Assembly: GCA_046052125.1 (NCBI GenBank)
Contig: JBJOMY010000002.1
Location: forward strand, 320,001 to 384,000
Source of the DNA: Cyanobacteriota bacterium
Lineage (GTDB): Bacteria; Cyanobacteriota; Cyanobacteriia; PCC-6307; Cyanobiaceae
Reading direction: 5' to 3'
Length of the DNA: 64,000 nucleotides
Position 1 is the stretch's first letter, and the number at the start of each line of letters is the position of its first letter. The notes below the pieces were generated by a model, which was given only the letters and a program-made list of their open reading frames with translations, was not told the DNA's origin and searched no databases. Shown here one piece after another: positions 23,558-34,064 of this stretch. Made by a program: the position numbers and the translations under genes.

Positions 23558-24967
23558 ATGAGCGAGGCGTCTGCAGCTGCCGCAGTTCCACCCAACAGCG
23601 GTGCGGCACTGGCTGAGGTGCTTACCCAACAGCTGAAGGTGCTGTTGGAGGCCGGCAACTACGACGGCGTGAAGCTGCTGCTGCAGCCCGTGCAGGAGGT
23701 GGATATCGCCGAGGCGATCGGTGGTTTGCCGCGCACGTTGCAGGCGCTGGCGTTTCGTCTGCTGCCCAAGGACGAGGCGATCGCTGTTTACGAATACCTC
23801 GAGCCGAGCGTGCAGCAGACGCTGCTCGATCGCTTGCGCTCCAGTGAAGTGCTGGAGCTGGTGGAGGAGATGTCACCCGATGACCGGGTGGATCTGTTTG
23901 ATGAGCTGCCCGCGAAGGTGGTGCGCCGACTGTTAGCGGAGCTGAGTCCGGCGGAGCGGCGGGTCACCGCCCAGTTGCTCGGCTACGAGCCGGAAACCGC
24001 TGGCCGGTTGATGACCACGGAGTTCATCGACCTCAAGGAATTCCACAGCGTGGCCCAGGCGCTCACGATCGTCCGCCGCCGCGCCCGCGACACCGAAACG
24101 ATCTACGCGCTCTACGTCACCGACGCATCGCGCTATCTCACTGGCATCCTTTCCCTGCGGGATCTGGTGGTGGCCGATCCGGAGCAGCGGGTGGGCGATG
24201 TGATGACCCGCGAGGTGGTGAGCGTGGGCACCGATACCGATCAAGAGGAAGTGGCGCGGGTGATCCAGCGCTACGACTTCCTCGCCGTGCCGGTGGTGGA
24301 CCGGGAACAGCGCCTTGTGGGGATCGTGACCGTGGATGACGTGATCGACGTGATCCAGCAGGAGGCCACCCGCGACCTCTACGCCGCTGGCGCCGTGCAG
24401 GCCGGTGATGAAGACGACTACTTCCAGAGCAACCTGTTCAGCGTGGCCCGCCGCCGGGTGGTGTGGCTGTTGGTGCTCCTGCTGGCCAATAGCGGCACCG
24501 CCGCGGTGATCGCCTCGATGGATGGGGTGTTGAAACAGGTGGTGGTGCTCGCCGCCTTCATTCCGCTGCTGATTGGCACCGGCGGCAATGTGGGCGCCCA
24601 GAGCTCCACTGTGGTGATCCGTGGTCTGAGCACCCAGCGCATTCAGAGCCTCGGGCCCGCTCGCGCCATCGGCCGGGAGGCGATTGCCGGTGCGCTGCTT
24701 GGGGTGTTGATGATGCTGGTGGTGGTGCCCTGGTCGGGCTACGTGAGCGGTGGCAACTGGCTGGTGGCCACCGCGGCGGGTATCAGCTTGGTGGCGATCA
24801 CCACCCTCGCTGCCACGGCCGGTGCGGCGCTGCCTTTGCTGTTCAACCGCCTGGGGCTGGATCCGGCGCTGATGTCAGCCCCGTTCATTGCCACCGCCAC
24901 CGACGTGGCCGGCGTGTTCATCTACTTGCAGACCGCCAGTTGGTTGCTGAGCCGTTCGGGGGGCTGA
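23558..24967 (+). CDS. mgtE: Magnesium transporter MgtE
   Basis: MgtE_N, CBS pair (TAGRLMT, GIVTVDD), GTGGNVGAQSST, DPALMSAPFIATATD. Confidence 0.96.
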   Translation: MSEASAAAAVPPNSGAALAEVLTQQLKVLLEAGNYDGVKLLLQPVQEVDIAEAIGGLPRTLQALAFRLLPKDEAIAVYEYLEPSVQQTLLDRLRSSEVLELVEEMSPDDRVDLFDELPAKVVRRLLAELSPAERRVTAQLLGYEPETAGRLMTTEFIDLKEFHSVAQALTIVRRRARDTETIYALYVTDASRYLTGILSLRDLVVADPEQRVGDVMTREVVSVGTDTDQEEVARVIQRYDFLAVPVVDREQRLVGIVTVDDVIDVIQQEATRDLYAAGAVQAGDEDDYFQSNLFSVARRRVVWLLVLLLANSGTAAVIASMDGVLKQVVVLAAFIPLLIGTGGNVGAQSSTVVIRGLSTQRIQSLGPARAIGREAIAGALLGVLMMLVVVPWSGYVSGGNWLVATAAGISLVAITTLAATAGAALPLLFNRLGLDPALMSAPFIATATDVAGVFIYLQTASWLLSRSGG

Positions 24968-25091
24968 CTGAAGCCGGCAGAAGCATGGGGCAGGAGCTGA
25001 TCCCCTGGCGTTTCCGATGGATCCGCGCGCTTTCTGAGAGATGCTTCACACTTCTTCAGGGTAAGCTTCACATCAGTTCACAGGCCTTGCC

Positions 25092-26081
25092 GTGGTCGTT
25101 GCTGTTGATGCCTCGGGGCTGAGCACCGATCTGGTGCGCTCCTACCTGCGCGACATTGGTCGCGTGCCTCTGCTCACCCATGAGCAGGAGATCACCCTGG
25201 GCCGCCAAGTGCAGGAGCTGGTGGCGCTCGAGGAGCTTGAGCAGGAGCTGGAAATGCGCTCCGGCGGCTCTAAGCCCGACCACGATCAGCTAGCCAAAGC
25301 CGCTCAGCTCACCCCCCAGCAACTGAAGAAGCGGTTGCGCAGCGGCCAACGCGCCAAGGAGCGGATGGTGGCGGCCAACCTGCGGCTGGTGGTGAGCGTG
25401 GCGAAGAAATACACCAAGCGGAACATGGAGCTCCTGGACCTGATCCAGGAGGGCACCATTGGCTTGGTGCGGGGCGTGGAGAAGTTCGATCCCACCCGCG
25501 GCTACAAGTTCTCCACCTATGCCTATTGGTGGATCCGCCAGGGCATTACCCGGGCGATTGCGGAGAAGAGCCGCACGATCCGGCTGCCGATCCACATCAC
25601 CGAAACGCTGAACAAGCTCAAGAAGGGCCAGCGGGAACTGAGCCAGGAATTGGGCCGCACCCCCACCGTCACGGAACTGGCCGAGTTTGTGGAGCTGCCG
25701 GAGGAGGAGGTGAAAGACCTGCTCTGCCGCGCCCGCCAACCGGTGAGCCTGGAAACCAAGGTGGGCGATGGCGACGACACTGAACTGCTCGATCTCCTCG
25801 CCGCCGAAGGCACCCAGCCCGAGGAGCTTGTGGATGGGGAGTGCCTGCGTAGCGACATGCAGTGCTTGCTCGAGCAGCTGCCGGACCTGCAGTGCCGGGT
25901 GCTCAAGATGCGCTACGGCATCCCCTGCGCCGATGTGCCTGAGCCCGATGAACCGATGAGCCTCACCGGCATCGGCCGCATCCTCGGCATGAGCCGCGAC
26001 CGTGTTCGCAACCTGGAGCGCGATGGCCTCGCCGGCCTGCGCCGCCTCAGCGAAAACGTTCAGGCTTACGTGGCCGTCTGA
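25092..26081 (+). CDS. Group 2 sigma-70 factor (RpoD/SigA family)
   Basis: DLVRSYLRDIGRVPLL, ANLRLVVSVAKKY, DLIQEG, GYKFSTYAYWWIRQ. Confidence 0.95.
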   Translation: MVVAVDASGLSTDLVRSYLRDIGRVPLLTHEQEITLGRQVQELVALEELEQELEMRSGGSKPDHDQLAKAAQLTPQQLKKRLRSGQRAKERMVAANLRLVVSVAKKYTKRNMELLDLIQEGTIGLVRGVEKFDPTRGYKFSTYAYWWIRQGITRAIAEKSRTIRLPIHITETLNKLKKGQRELSQELGRTPTVTELAEFVELPEEEVKDLLCRARQPVSLETKVGDGDDTELLDLLAAEGTQPEELVDGECLRSDMQCLLEQLPDLQCRVLKMRYGIPCADVPEPDEPMSLTGIGRILGMSRDRVRNLERDGLAGLRRLSENVQAYVAV

Positions 26082-26089
26082 ACTCAGGT

Positions 26090-27265
26090 TTGCCGGCTGA
26101 TCTGCCTCTCCACCAACCTCAGCAGTTGCGCGAAGCGCTGCTCCTTTGGTGGGACCGACATGGTCGCCACTCGATTCCTTGGAAACAAGCTCCAGGGGGT
26201 GAGCGTCCTTCGCCAGAGGAGCCGCTCGATCCCTACCCCATTTGGGTGGCCGAGGTGATGTTGCAGCAGACCCAGCTGCAGGTGGTGCTCCCCTTCTGGC
26301 AGCGCTGGATGGAGGTGTTGCCCACGCTGGCGGCATTGGCGGACGCAGAGGAGCACGATGTGTTGCTGCTCTGGCAGGGCCTGGGCTACTACTCGCGCGC
26401 GCGTCGCTTACTGGCGGGCGCGCGTGTGTTGCACGAGCAGATCACGGCAGCCGATGGAGTCGCAGGGGACTCCGGCGCCTGGCCCCAGGATCTCGACAGC
26501 TGGCTGGCGTTGCCGGGTATCGGGCCAAGCACGGCCGGCAGCATCCTCTCCTCGGCGTTCAATCTCCCCTTCGCGATCCTTGACGGCAACGTGAAGCGGG
26601 TCTTGGCCCGGTTGATGGCCTGTGAGCGGCCTCCAGCGCGGGAGCAGGCCGCGTTCTGGCGTTGGAGTGAGCAGCTGCTCGATCCCGAACGGCCCCGGGA
26701 TTTCAATCAGGCCTTGATGGATCTGGGGGCCGCCGTGTGCACGCCCCGCAATCCCCACTGCGAGCTATGCCCCTGGCGCAGCCAGTGCGCTGCTTACGCT
26801 GCCGGCACCCCCGCTGCCTACCCCGTGACGGAATCCCCCCGCGAGCTGCCGTTTCAGGTGATCGGGGTGGGGGTGGTGCTCAACGACGCCGGCCAGGTGC
26901 TGATTGATCAGCGCCTCAATGAGGGCTTGCTGGGAGGGCTCTGGGAATTCCCCGGTGGCAAGCAGGAACCGGGTGAGCCGATCGCCAGCACGATCGTGCG
27001 TGAACTGCAGGAGGAGCTGGCGATCGAAGCCGAGGTGGGAGAAGAGCTGATCACCCTTGAGCACGCCTACAGCCACAAGCGTTTGCGCTTCGTGGTGCAC
27101 CTCTGCCGTTGGCTCAGCGGTGAGCCCCAGCCCCTCGCCAGTCAGCAGGTGCGCTGGGTGGATCCGGCTCAGCTGGGTGAGTTCCCATTCCCGGCTGCGA
27201 ATGCGCGGATCATTGCCGCCCTGCACGAGCGTTTGCAAGCTGAGAGCAGTGCCGCCGCGGCCTGA
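26090..27265 (+). CDS. mutY: A/G-specific adenine glycosylase with C-terminal Nudix domain
   Basis: EVMLQQT, WQGLGYYSRAR, HhH LPGIG, DGNVKRV, Fe-S motif CTPRNPHCELCPWRSQC, Nudix box. Confidence 0.95.
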   Translation: MPADLPLHQPQQLREALLLWWDRHGRHSIPWKQAPGGERPSPEEPLDPYPIWVAEVMLQQTQLQVVLPFWQRWMEVLPTLAALADAEEHDVLLLWQGLGYYSRARRLLAGARVLHEQITAADGVAGDSGAWPQDLDSWLALPGIGPSTAGSILSSAFNLPFAILDGNVKRVLARLMACERPPAREQAAFWRWSEQLLDPERPRDFNQALMDLGAAVCTPRNPHCELCPWRSQCAAYAAGTPAAYPVTESPRELPFQVIGVGVVLNDAGQVLIDQRLNEGLLGGLWEFPGGKQEPGEPIASTIVRELQEELAIEAEVGEELITLEHAYSHKRLRFVVHLCRWLSGEPQPLASQQVRWVDPAQLGEFPFPAANARIIAALHERLQAESSAAAA

Positions 27266-27278
27266 GGCCGCCTGAGCC

Positions 27279-28283
27279 ATGGCCGCTGCGCCGCAGGTGA
27301 TCTGTCTGGGTGAAGCCCTGGTGGATCGCCTGGGTCCCCTGGGGGGCGACCCGGCCACGGCCCCGCCGGATCAGTGCGATGACCGCCTCGGCGGTGCTCC
27401 CGCCAATGTGGCCTGCGGTCTGGCGCGCTTGGGTGCCGCCTCAGCCTTTGTGGGGCGCTTGGGGCTCGATCCCATCGGAGAGGCCTTCACTCAGCTGCTC
27501 AGGCAGCGGGGTGTTGATCTCCGTGCCCTGCAGCACGACCCCATTTGTCCGAGTCGGATCGTGCTCGTGCGGCGTGACGCCGGCGGTGATCGCAGCTTCG
27601 GTGGCTTCGCCGGTGATCAGGGCGAGGGATTTGCTGATCAAGCTCTCGATGCCACGGCCTTGCAGGTGAACCTCCCCCCACTGCTGGCAGAGGCCCGCTG
27701 GCTGCAGGTGGGCACAATTCCTTTGGCCACAGCGGCTTCCGCTGAGGCGCTGCGGTTGGCGCTGGGGCTGGCGGCCGATGCGGGCGTGCCCCTGGCCCTG
27801 GATGTGAATTGGCGGCCCACCTTCTGGAGCCCGGATGCGGCACCGGATGCAGGCCCATCGGCTCAGGCCAAGGCAGCGATGCAACCCCTGCTGGAGCAGG
27901 CGGCGTTGCTCAAATTGGCGGCGGAAGAGGCGCAATGGTTGTTCGGCTCGCGCGATCCGGTGGTGATCCGCGCCGGCCTACCCCAGCATCCGGCCGTGGT
28001 GGTGACCGATGGCGGCGCTCAGCTGGCCTGGTGTTTCGGCTCCAGCAGTGGCGTGATACCTGCTTACACGGTGCCTGTGGTGGACAGCACCGGTGCGGGG
28101 GATGCCTTCCTGGCGGGGCTCTTGCATCAGCTCTGCCTCCACCCCGAGCAACTCGATGGCGGCTGCACGGAGGCGCTGCGCTTCGCCAGTGCTTGCGGTG
28201 CGCTGGTGTGCGGCGGTGCGGGGGCGATCGATCCCCAGCCGAGCCAGCCGCAGGTGGAGCGGTTTCTGGCTGAGCACTGCTAG
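27279..28283 (+). CDS. PfkB-family carbohydrate kinase
   Basis: GGAPANVA, DVNWRP, VVDSTGAGDAF. Confidence 0.93.
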   Translation: MAAAPQVICLGEALVDRLGPLGGDPATAPPDQCDDRLGGAPANVACGLARLGAASAFVGRLGLDPIGEAFTQLLRQRGVDLRALQHDPICPSRIVLVRRDAGGDRSFGGFAGDQGEGFADQALDATALQVNLPPLLAEARWLQVGTIPLATAASAEALRLALGLAADAGVPLALDVNWRPTFWSPDAAPDAGPSAQAKAAMQPLLEQAALLKLAAEEAQWLFGSRDPVVIRAGLPQHPAVVVTDGGAQLAWCFGSSSGVIPAYTVPVVDSTGAGDAFLAGLLHQLCLHPEQLDGGCTEALRFASACGALVCGGAGAIDPQPSQPQVERFLAEHC

Positions 28284-28291
28284 TGCTGGGT

Positions 28292-28765
28292 TCAAACCTG
28301 AAGCGTGGCGCGCCTCCCCGCCTCGGGCTGATCGGGTTGCACCAGTTCGAGCTGCACCAGCCAGGCACCCTCAGGCACGAAGCTCAACCGCTCACTCCAC
28401 TCCACCGCCATCAGGGCGCCAAGCTCCAGGGCTTCCTCTTCCTCCTGGGCGAACAGTTCATCGGCCGCGCTGGCCTGCTCGAGCCGGTAGAGATCGAGAT
28501 GCACCAGGGCGGTGCTGCGGCCAGTCACCTGGCCCCCGTAGTGCTGCGCCAACGCAAAGGTGGGGCTGGTGATCGCCTCATCGATGCCCAACCCGGATGC
28601 GATGCCCTGCACCAGGCAGGTTTTGCCCGCCCCGAGATCACCCTGCAGCAGCAGGATCGGTGGCTCTGCGCTGACGCTGCACTGCTGCAGCCAGTGCAGC
28701 GCCAGCTCACGGCCCAGGGCCGCGGTGGCGGCGGCATCCGTCAACAACACGCTGCGCGATTCCAT
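28292..28765 (-). CDS. tsaE: tRNA threonylcarbamoyladenosine biosynthesis ATPase
   Basis: GDLGAGKT, ITSPTF, HLDLYRL, VEW. Confidence 0.96.
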   Translation of the reverse strand: MESRSVLLTDAAATAALGRELALHWLQQCSVSAEPPILLLQGDLGAGKTCLVQGIASGLGIDEAITSPTFALAQHYGGQVTGRSTALVHLDLYRLEQASAADELFAQEEEEALELGALMAVEWSERLSFVPEGAWLVQLELVQPDQPEAGRRATLQV

Positions 28766-28911
28766 CCCGGTAGATTGCCCTCAAGCGAGCCCGAAGCCTC
28801 GGCGTCTCTGCAGATATTCCAAATCGATCACTCCAGCGGCCGTGCATGAACGCGATGCGTTGTGCGGTTGTGACGTCTGGATGGTCGTATCAACCCAATC
28901 GAAACAACTCC

Positions 28912-30339
<1,428 letters not shown>

Positions 30340-30362
30340 TCAAACGGCCTCACGTTTTGGTC

Positions 30363-30395
30363 GCGGCATTCCGGTTCTTCGGATCGGGATGCCGC
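30363..30395 (+). terminator. Hairpin downstream of ahcY (terminator-like or stabilising; no U-tract)
   Basis: GCGGCATTCCGGTT-CTTCG-GATCGGGATGCCGC pairs fully when G-U is allowed on the + strand. Confidence 0.5.
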
Positions 30396-30423
30396 ACAAT
30401 CAGGCCACGTTGCGGCAAAGGCC

Positions 30424-31083
30424 ATGGGGATCAGCGAACTGGTGCAACAGCTGCCGGAGCTGATCGGGTCTGCGGTGGAAGCCAACCCCTGGCTGGGTTA
30501 CGGCGCCATCTTCGCGGCGATGTTTCTCGAAAACCTGTTTCCGCCGATCCCCTCAGAGCTGATCATGCCTCTGGGGGGTTTTTATGTGCACCAGGGTCAG
30601 CTGGCCCTGATTCCGGTGGTGCTGGCCGGCCTGATCGGCACGGTGCTCGGCGCCCTGCCCTGGTATGGCATCGGCCGCCTGATCAACGAAGAGCGCATCG
30701 AGCAGTGGCTGGAGCGCCACGGCCGCTGGATCGGCATCAGCGCCCAGGAATTCCACCGCAGCCGCACCTGGTTCAACCGCTACGGCAATGCCCTGGTCTT
30801 TTGGGGTCGCCTCGTCCCCGGCATCCGCACCCTGATCTCAGTCCCCGCCGGCATTGAACTGATGCCCTTCACCCCCTTCCTGCTCTGGACCACCGCCGGC
30901 AGCTTCATCTGGACCCTGCTCCTCACCCTCGCCGGCATGGCCCTAGGTGAGGGCTACGCCAACGTCGAACTCTGGATCGAACCGGTCGCCAAAGCCATCA
31001 AGGTGCTCCTAGTTCTGTCAGTCGCAGCCGTGGTTGTGTGGCTCGGCCTCCGCGCCTGGAACAAACGCAACTCCAGCCACTAA
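30424..31083 (+). CDS. DedA family membrane protein
   Basis: ENLFPPIPSELIMP, GRLVPGIRTLISVPAG. Confidence 0.94.
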   Translation: MGISELVQQLPELIGSAVEANPWLGYGAIFAAMFLENLFPPIPSELIMPLGGFYVHQGQLALIPVVLAGLIGTVLGALPWYGIGRLINEERIEQWLERHGRWIGISAQEFHRSRTWFNRYGNALVFWGRLVPGIRTLISVPAGIELMPFTPFLLWTTAGSFIWTLLLTLAGMALGEGYANVELWIEPVAKAIKVLLVLSVAAVVVWLGLRAWNKRNSSH

Positions 31084-31154
31084 TCCACCTGGGCTCCTCG
31101 GTTTGGGTCTGAGCGGTTCTGCTGACAAGAAACCCGAACTCACTCCTGCCCGAT

Positions 31155-31220
31155 TCGTCCGGGAATGACGATCGGGCTGCTCGCCTTCGGAACATCAGCC
31201 CGATCGCCATCCCCGGACGA
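31155..31220 (-). repeat. 25-bp inverted repeat between convergent dedA and ssb
   Basis: TCGTCCGGGAATGACGATCGGGCTG / CAGCCCGATCGCCATCCCCGGACGA; 23 of 25 complementary, 16-nt loop. Confidence 0.85.
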
Positions 31221-31238
31221 GGGGTCAAAGAGGAGGGT

Positions 31239-31628
31239 TCAGAAGGGAACCTCTTCGTCGGTGGGTTCGCCACCGAAGCCACCGCCACCACCAAAGCCGC
31301 CGCCCTCGGCATCGCGCTTCGAGCCCAGCAGCTCAAGCCGATCCACACGGATCACCGGTTTGCTGCGCTCTTCGCCGGTGGCGCGGTCGGTCCAACGGTC
31401 GAGTTTGAAGCTGCCGATGATGCCGAGCAGTGAGCCTTTGCGCACATAATCGGCGGCCACCTGGGCCTGCTTGCCCCAGATCTCCAGGTTGAACCAATCG
31501 GGTTCGTCGTTACTGGAGCGGCGGTTCACCGCCATGGTGAGGTTGGCCACCATGCTTCCTGATTCGAAGTAGCGAACCTCGGGATCGCGGCCAGCACGGC
31601 CGACGAGGGTGATCGAGTTGACGCCCAT
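31239..31628 (-). CDS. ssb: Single-stranded DNA-binding protein
   Basis: LVGRAGRDPE OB-fold, Gly-rich linker, acidic tail DEEVPF. Confidence 0.97.
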   Translation of the reverse strand: MGVNSITLVGRAGRDPEVRYFESGSMVANLTMAVNRRSSNDEPDWFNLEIWGKQAQVAADYVRKGSLLGIIGSFKLDRWTDRATGEERSKPVIRVDRLELLGSKRDAEGGGFGGGGGFGGEPTDEEVPF

Positions 31629-31764
31629 GGCGTTCTCCTGTTGATGCGTTGAGTCAATGATGCAGTCCGCAATGGGGCTGCTTCATAGGGAGAGTTCCAC
31701 CCTTTGGCCCGGATGTTCCATCTGGGCATCCCACCTATGATTCGCGCCGCTAGGCGGCTCCTCA

Positions 31765-32811
31765 GTGTTTTTCAAACGTTTCCAGCTCTCCCGCGACATC
31801 GGTATCGATCTGGGAACGGCCAACACCCTGATGTACATGTCCGGCAAGGGCATCGTGCTCCAGGAGCCCTCGGTGGTGGCCATCGACCTCGAACGCGGCG
31901 TGCCCCTGGCCGTGGGCGATGAAGCCAAGCTGATGCTCGGCCGCACCCCCGGCAACATCCGCGCGGTGCGTCCCCTGCGCGACGGCGTGATCGCTGATTT
32001 CGACGCCGCCGAGCAGATGATCAAAACCTTCATTCAGAAGGGCAATGAAGGCCGCGGCATCGTGGCGCCCCGCCTGGTGATCGGTATTCCTAGCGGCGTC
32101 ACCGGTGTGGAGCGCCGCGCCGTGCGCGAGGCCGGCCTGGCCGGTGCCCGCACCGTGCACCTGATTGATGAGCCCGTGGCGGCCGCTATCGGCGCCGGTC
32201 TGCCCGTCACCGAGCCCGTCGGCACGATGATCGTCGACATCGGCGGCGGCACCACTGAGGTGGCCGTGTTGTCGCTGGGCGGCACCGTGCTGAGCGAGTC
32301 GGTACGCGTGGCTGGTGACGAGCTGAGCGATGCCATCAGCGTGTATTTGAAGAAGGTGCACAACCTGGTGGTGGGTGAGCGCACCGCGGAGGAGATCAAG
32401 ATCCGCATCGGCTCCGCCTTCCCCGAAGACGTGCACGACGAAACCTCGATGGACGTGCGCGGTCTGCACCTGCTCTCCGGTCTGCCCCGCACCATCAACG
32501 TGCGCGCCGGCGACGTGCGCGAGGCGATGGCCGAGCCGCTCAACGTGATCGTGGAAGCGGTGAAGCGCACCCTCGAGCGCACCCCGCCCGAGCTGGCTGC
32601 CGACATCGTGGACCGCGGCATCATGCTCGCCGGCGGCGGCGCCTTGGTGCGTGGCATCAGCGATCTGATCAGCCACGAGACCGGGATCCTGGTGCATGTA
32701 GCGGAAGACCCGCTGCTCTGCGTGGTGAACGGCTGCGGCATGGTGCTGGAGGATTACAAGCGTTTGGAGCGGGTGCTCGACACCCCTGACTTCAGCCGCG
32801 TCTCCGCCTGA
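31765..32811 (+). CDS. mreB: Rod shape-determining protein MreB
   Basis: DIGIDLGTANT, EPVAAAIGAG, DIGGGTTE, LAGGGAL. Confidence 0.98.
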   Translation: MFFKRFQLSRDIGIDLGTANTLMYMSGKGIVLQEPSVVAIDLERGVPLAVGDEAKLMLGRTPGNIRAVRPLRDGVIADFDAAEQMIKTFIQKGNEGRGIVAPRLVIGIPSGVTGVERRAVREAGLAGARTVHLIDEPVAAAIGAGLPVTEPVGTMIVDIGGGTTEVAVLSLGGTVLSESVRVAGDELSDAISVYLKKVHNLVVGERTAEEIKIRIGSAFPEDVHDETSMDVRGLHLLSGLPRTINVRAGDVREAMAEPLNVIVEAVKRTLERTPPELAADIVDRGIMLAGGGALVRGISDLISHETGILVHVAEDPLLCVVNGCGMVLEDYKRLERVLDTPDFSRVSA

Positions 32812-32816
32812 TCCCC

Positions 32817-33554
32817 ATGCCCGGCCGCGGCCTGCGCGTCCCCACACTGCGCAAGGTGGCCGAGGCATGGCCTTGGTGGCTGTTGCTGCTCGCCTTAGTG
32901 GGCGTGCGCCTGAGCAAAGGCGCGGGATTTGCCGATGCCTACGCCCTGTTGAGCCGGCCGTTCTGGCCTGGTTCGGCTCAGTCGGAGTGGCTGCGCTCAG
33001 CGCAGCAGCTGCAAAATCAGGCCAGCCTCCAGGAGTTGCAGCGCGACAACCAACGCTTGCGCGGCTTGCTCGACCTGGATCGCAACAGCGCCGGCCGGGT
33101 GTCAGCTCCGGTGATCTCCCGGGATCAAGGTGGCTGGTGGCAACAACTGGAACTGGGCAAGGGCAGCCTCGATGGCATCCGCGCCGGTGCCCCGGTGCTG
33201 GCTCCCGGTGGTCTGATCGGCCGGGTGAGCAGCGTCACCCCCACCACCGCTCGGGTGCAGTTGCTCACCGACAGCGCCAGCCGAGTGGGGGTGTGGGTGG
33301 CGCGGGTGCAGCGCCATGGGCTGCTGGTGGGGCAGGGCACGCCGCGGCCGCAACTGCAGTTTCTTGAGAAAGACACCGGCGTGCGCCCCGGCGATGTGAT
33401 CACCACCTCCCCCGCCAGCACCCTGGTGCCCCCCAATGTGTTGATCGGGGTGGTGCAGAGCGTGAATGAGGAGTTGGCCCCGGCCCCGGATGCTGCGGTG
33501 CAGCTCAGTGCACCGGTGGATGCGGTGGATTGGGTGCAGGTGGTGACGCGCTAG
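32817..33554 (+). CDS. mreC: Rod shape-determining protein MreC
   Basis: TM, coiled coil NQRLRGLL, GLIGRV, GDVITTS; follows mreB. Confidence 0.93.
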   Translation: MPGRGLRVPTLRKVAEAWPWWLLLLALVGVRLSKGAGFADAYALLSRPFWPGSAQSEWLRSAQQLQNQASLQELQRDNQRLRGLLDLDRNSAGRVSAPVISRDQGGWWQQLELGKGSLDGIRAGAPVLAPGGLIGRVSSVTPTTARVQLLTDSASRVGVWVARVQRHGLLVGQGTPRPQLQFLEKDTGVRPGDVITTSPASTLVPPNVLIGVVQSVNEELAPAPDAAVQLSAPVDAVDWVQVVTR

Positions 33555-33556
33555 CC

Positions 33557-34060
33557 ATGGGTGTGTTGCACCGTCAGCGCTGGTGCGGGGCCACGGGCTT
33601 GCTGGTGCCTTTGCTCACGCTTGCCTCGCCGGCGTTCCTGAAGATCGCAGGGGTTGCTCCGAGCTGGGCAGTGTTGTGGTTATTGCCCTGGGCGCTGGTG
33701 GATGGCCCCGCTTCTGGAGCCATTGCCGGCCTTTGTCTGGGTCTCGTGCTCGACGGGCTGCATCTCGGCCAGGCCAGTGAGGTGCCGGTGTTGATCCTGC
33801 TCGGCTGGTGGTGGGGGCGGATCGGCCGGCGCGGCCTGCCGATCGAGCGCAGCTACAACCTGGGTTTGTTGGCTGTGCTCGGAAGCCTCTTGCTTGGAGC
33901 CAGCCTGTTGCTGCAGCTGCACTGGCAGGGACAACTGCCGTTGCCCGTGGCGGGGCTGCACACCCTGGTGGCCCAGAGCTTGATCACGGCTCTGCTGGCG
34001 CCGGTGCTCTGCTCGTTGCAGCTGCTGCGCTGGCGCCGGATCGCCGATCTGAGGAGTTGA
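33557..34060 (+). CDS. mreD: Rod shape-determining protein MreD
   Basis: Hydrophobic protein following mreC. Confidence 0.82.
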   Translation: MGVLHRQRWCGATGLLVPLLTLASPAFLKIAGVAPSWAVLWLLPWALVDGPASGAIAGLCLGLVLDGLHLGQASEVPVLILLGWWWGRIGRRGLPIERSYNLGLLAVLGSLLLGASLLLQLHWQGQLPLPVAGLHTLVAQSLITALLAPVLCSLQLLRWRRIADLRS

Positions 34061-34064
34061 TGCG

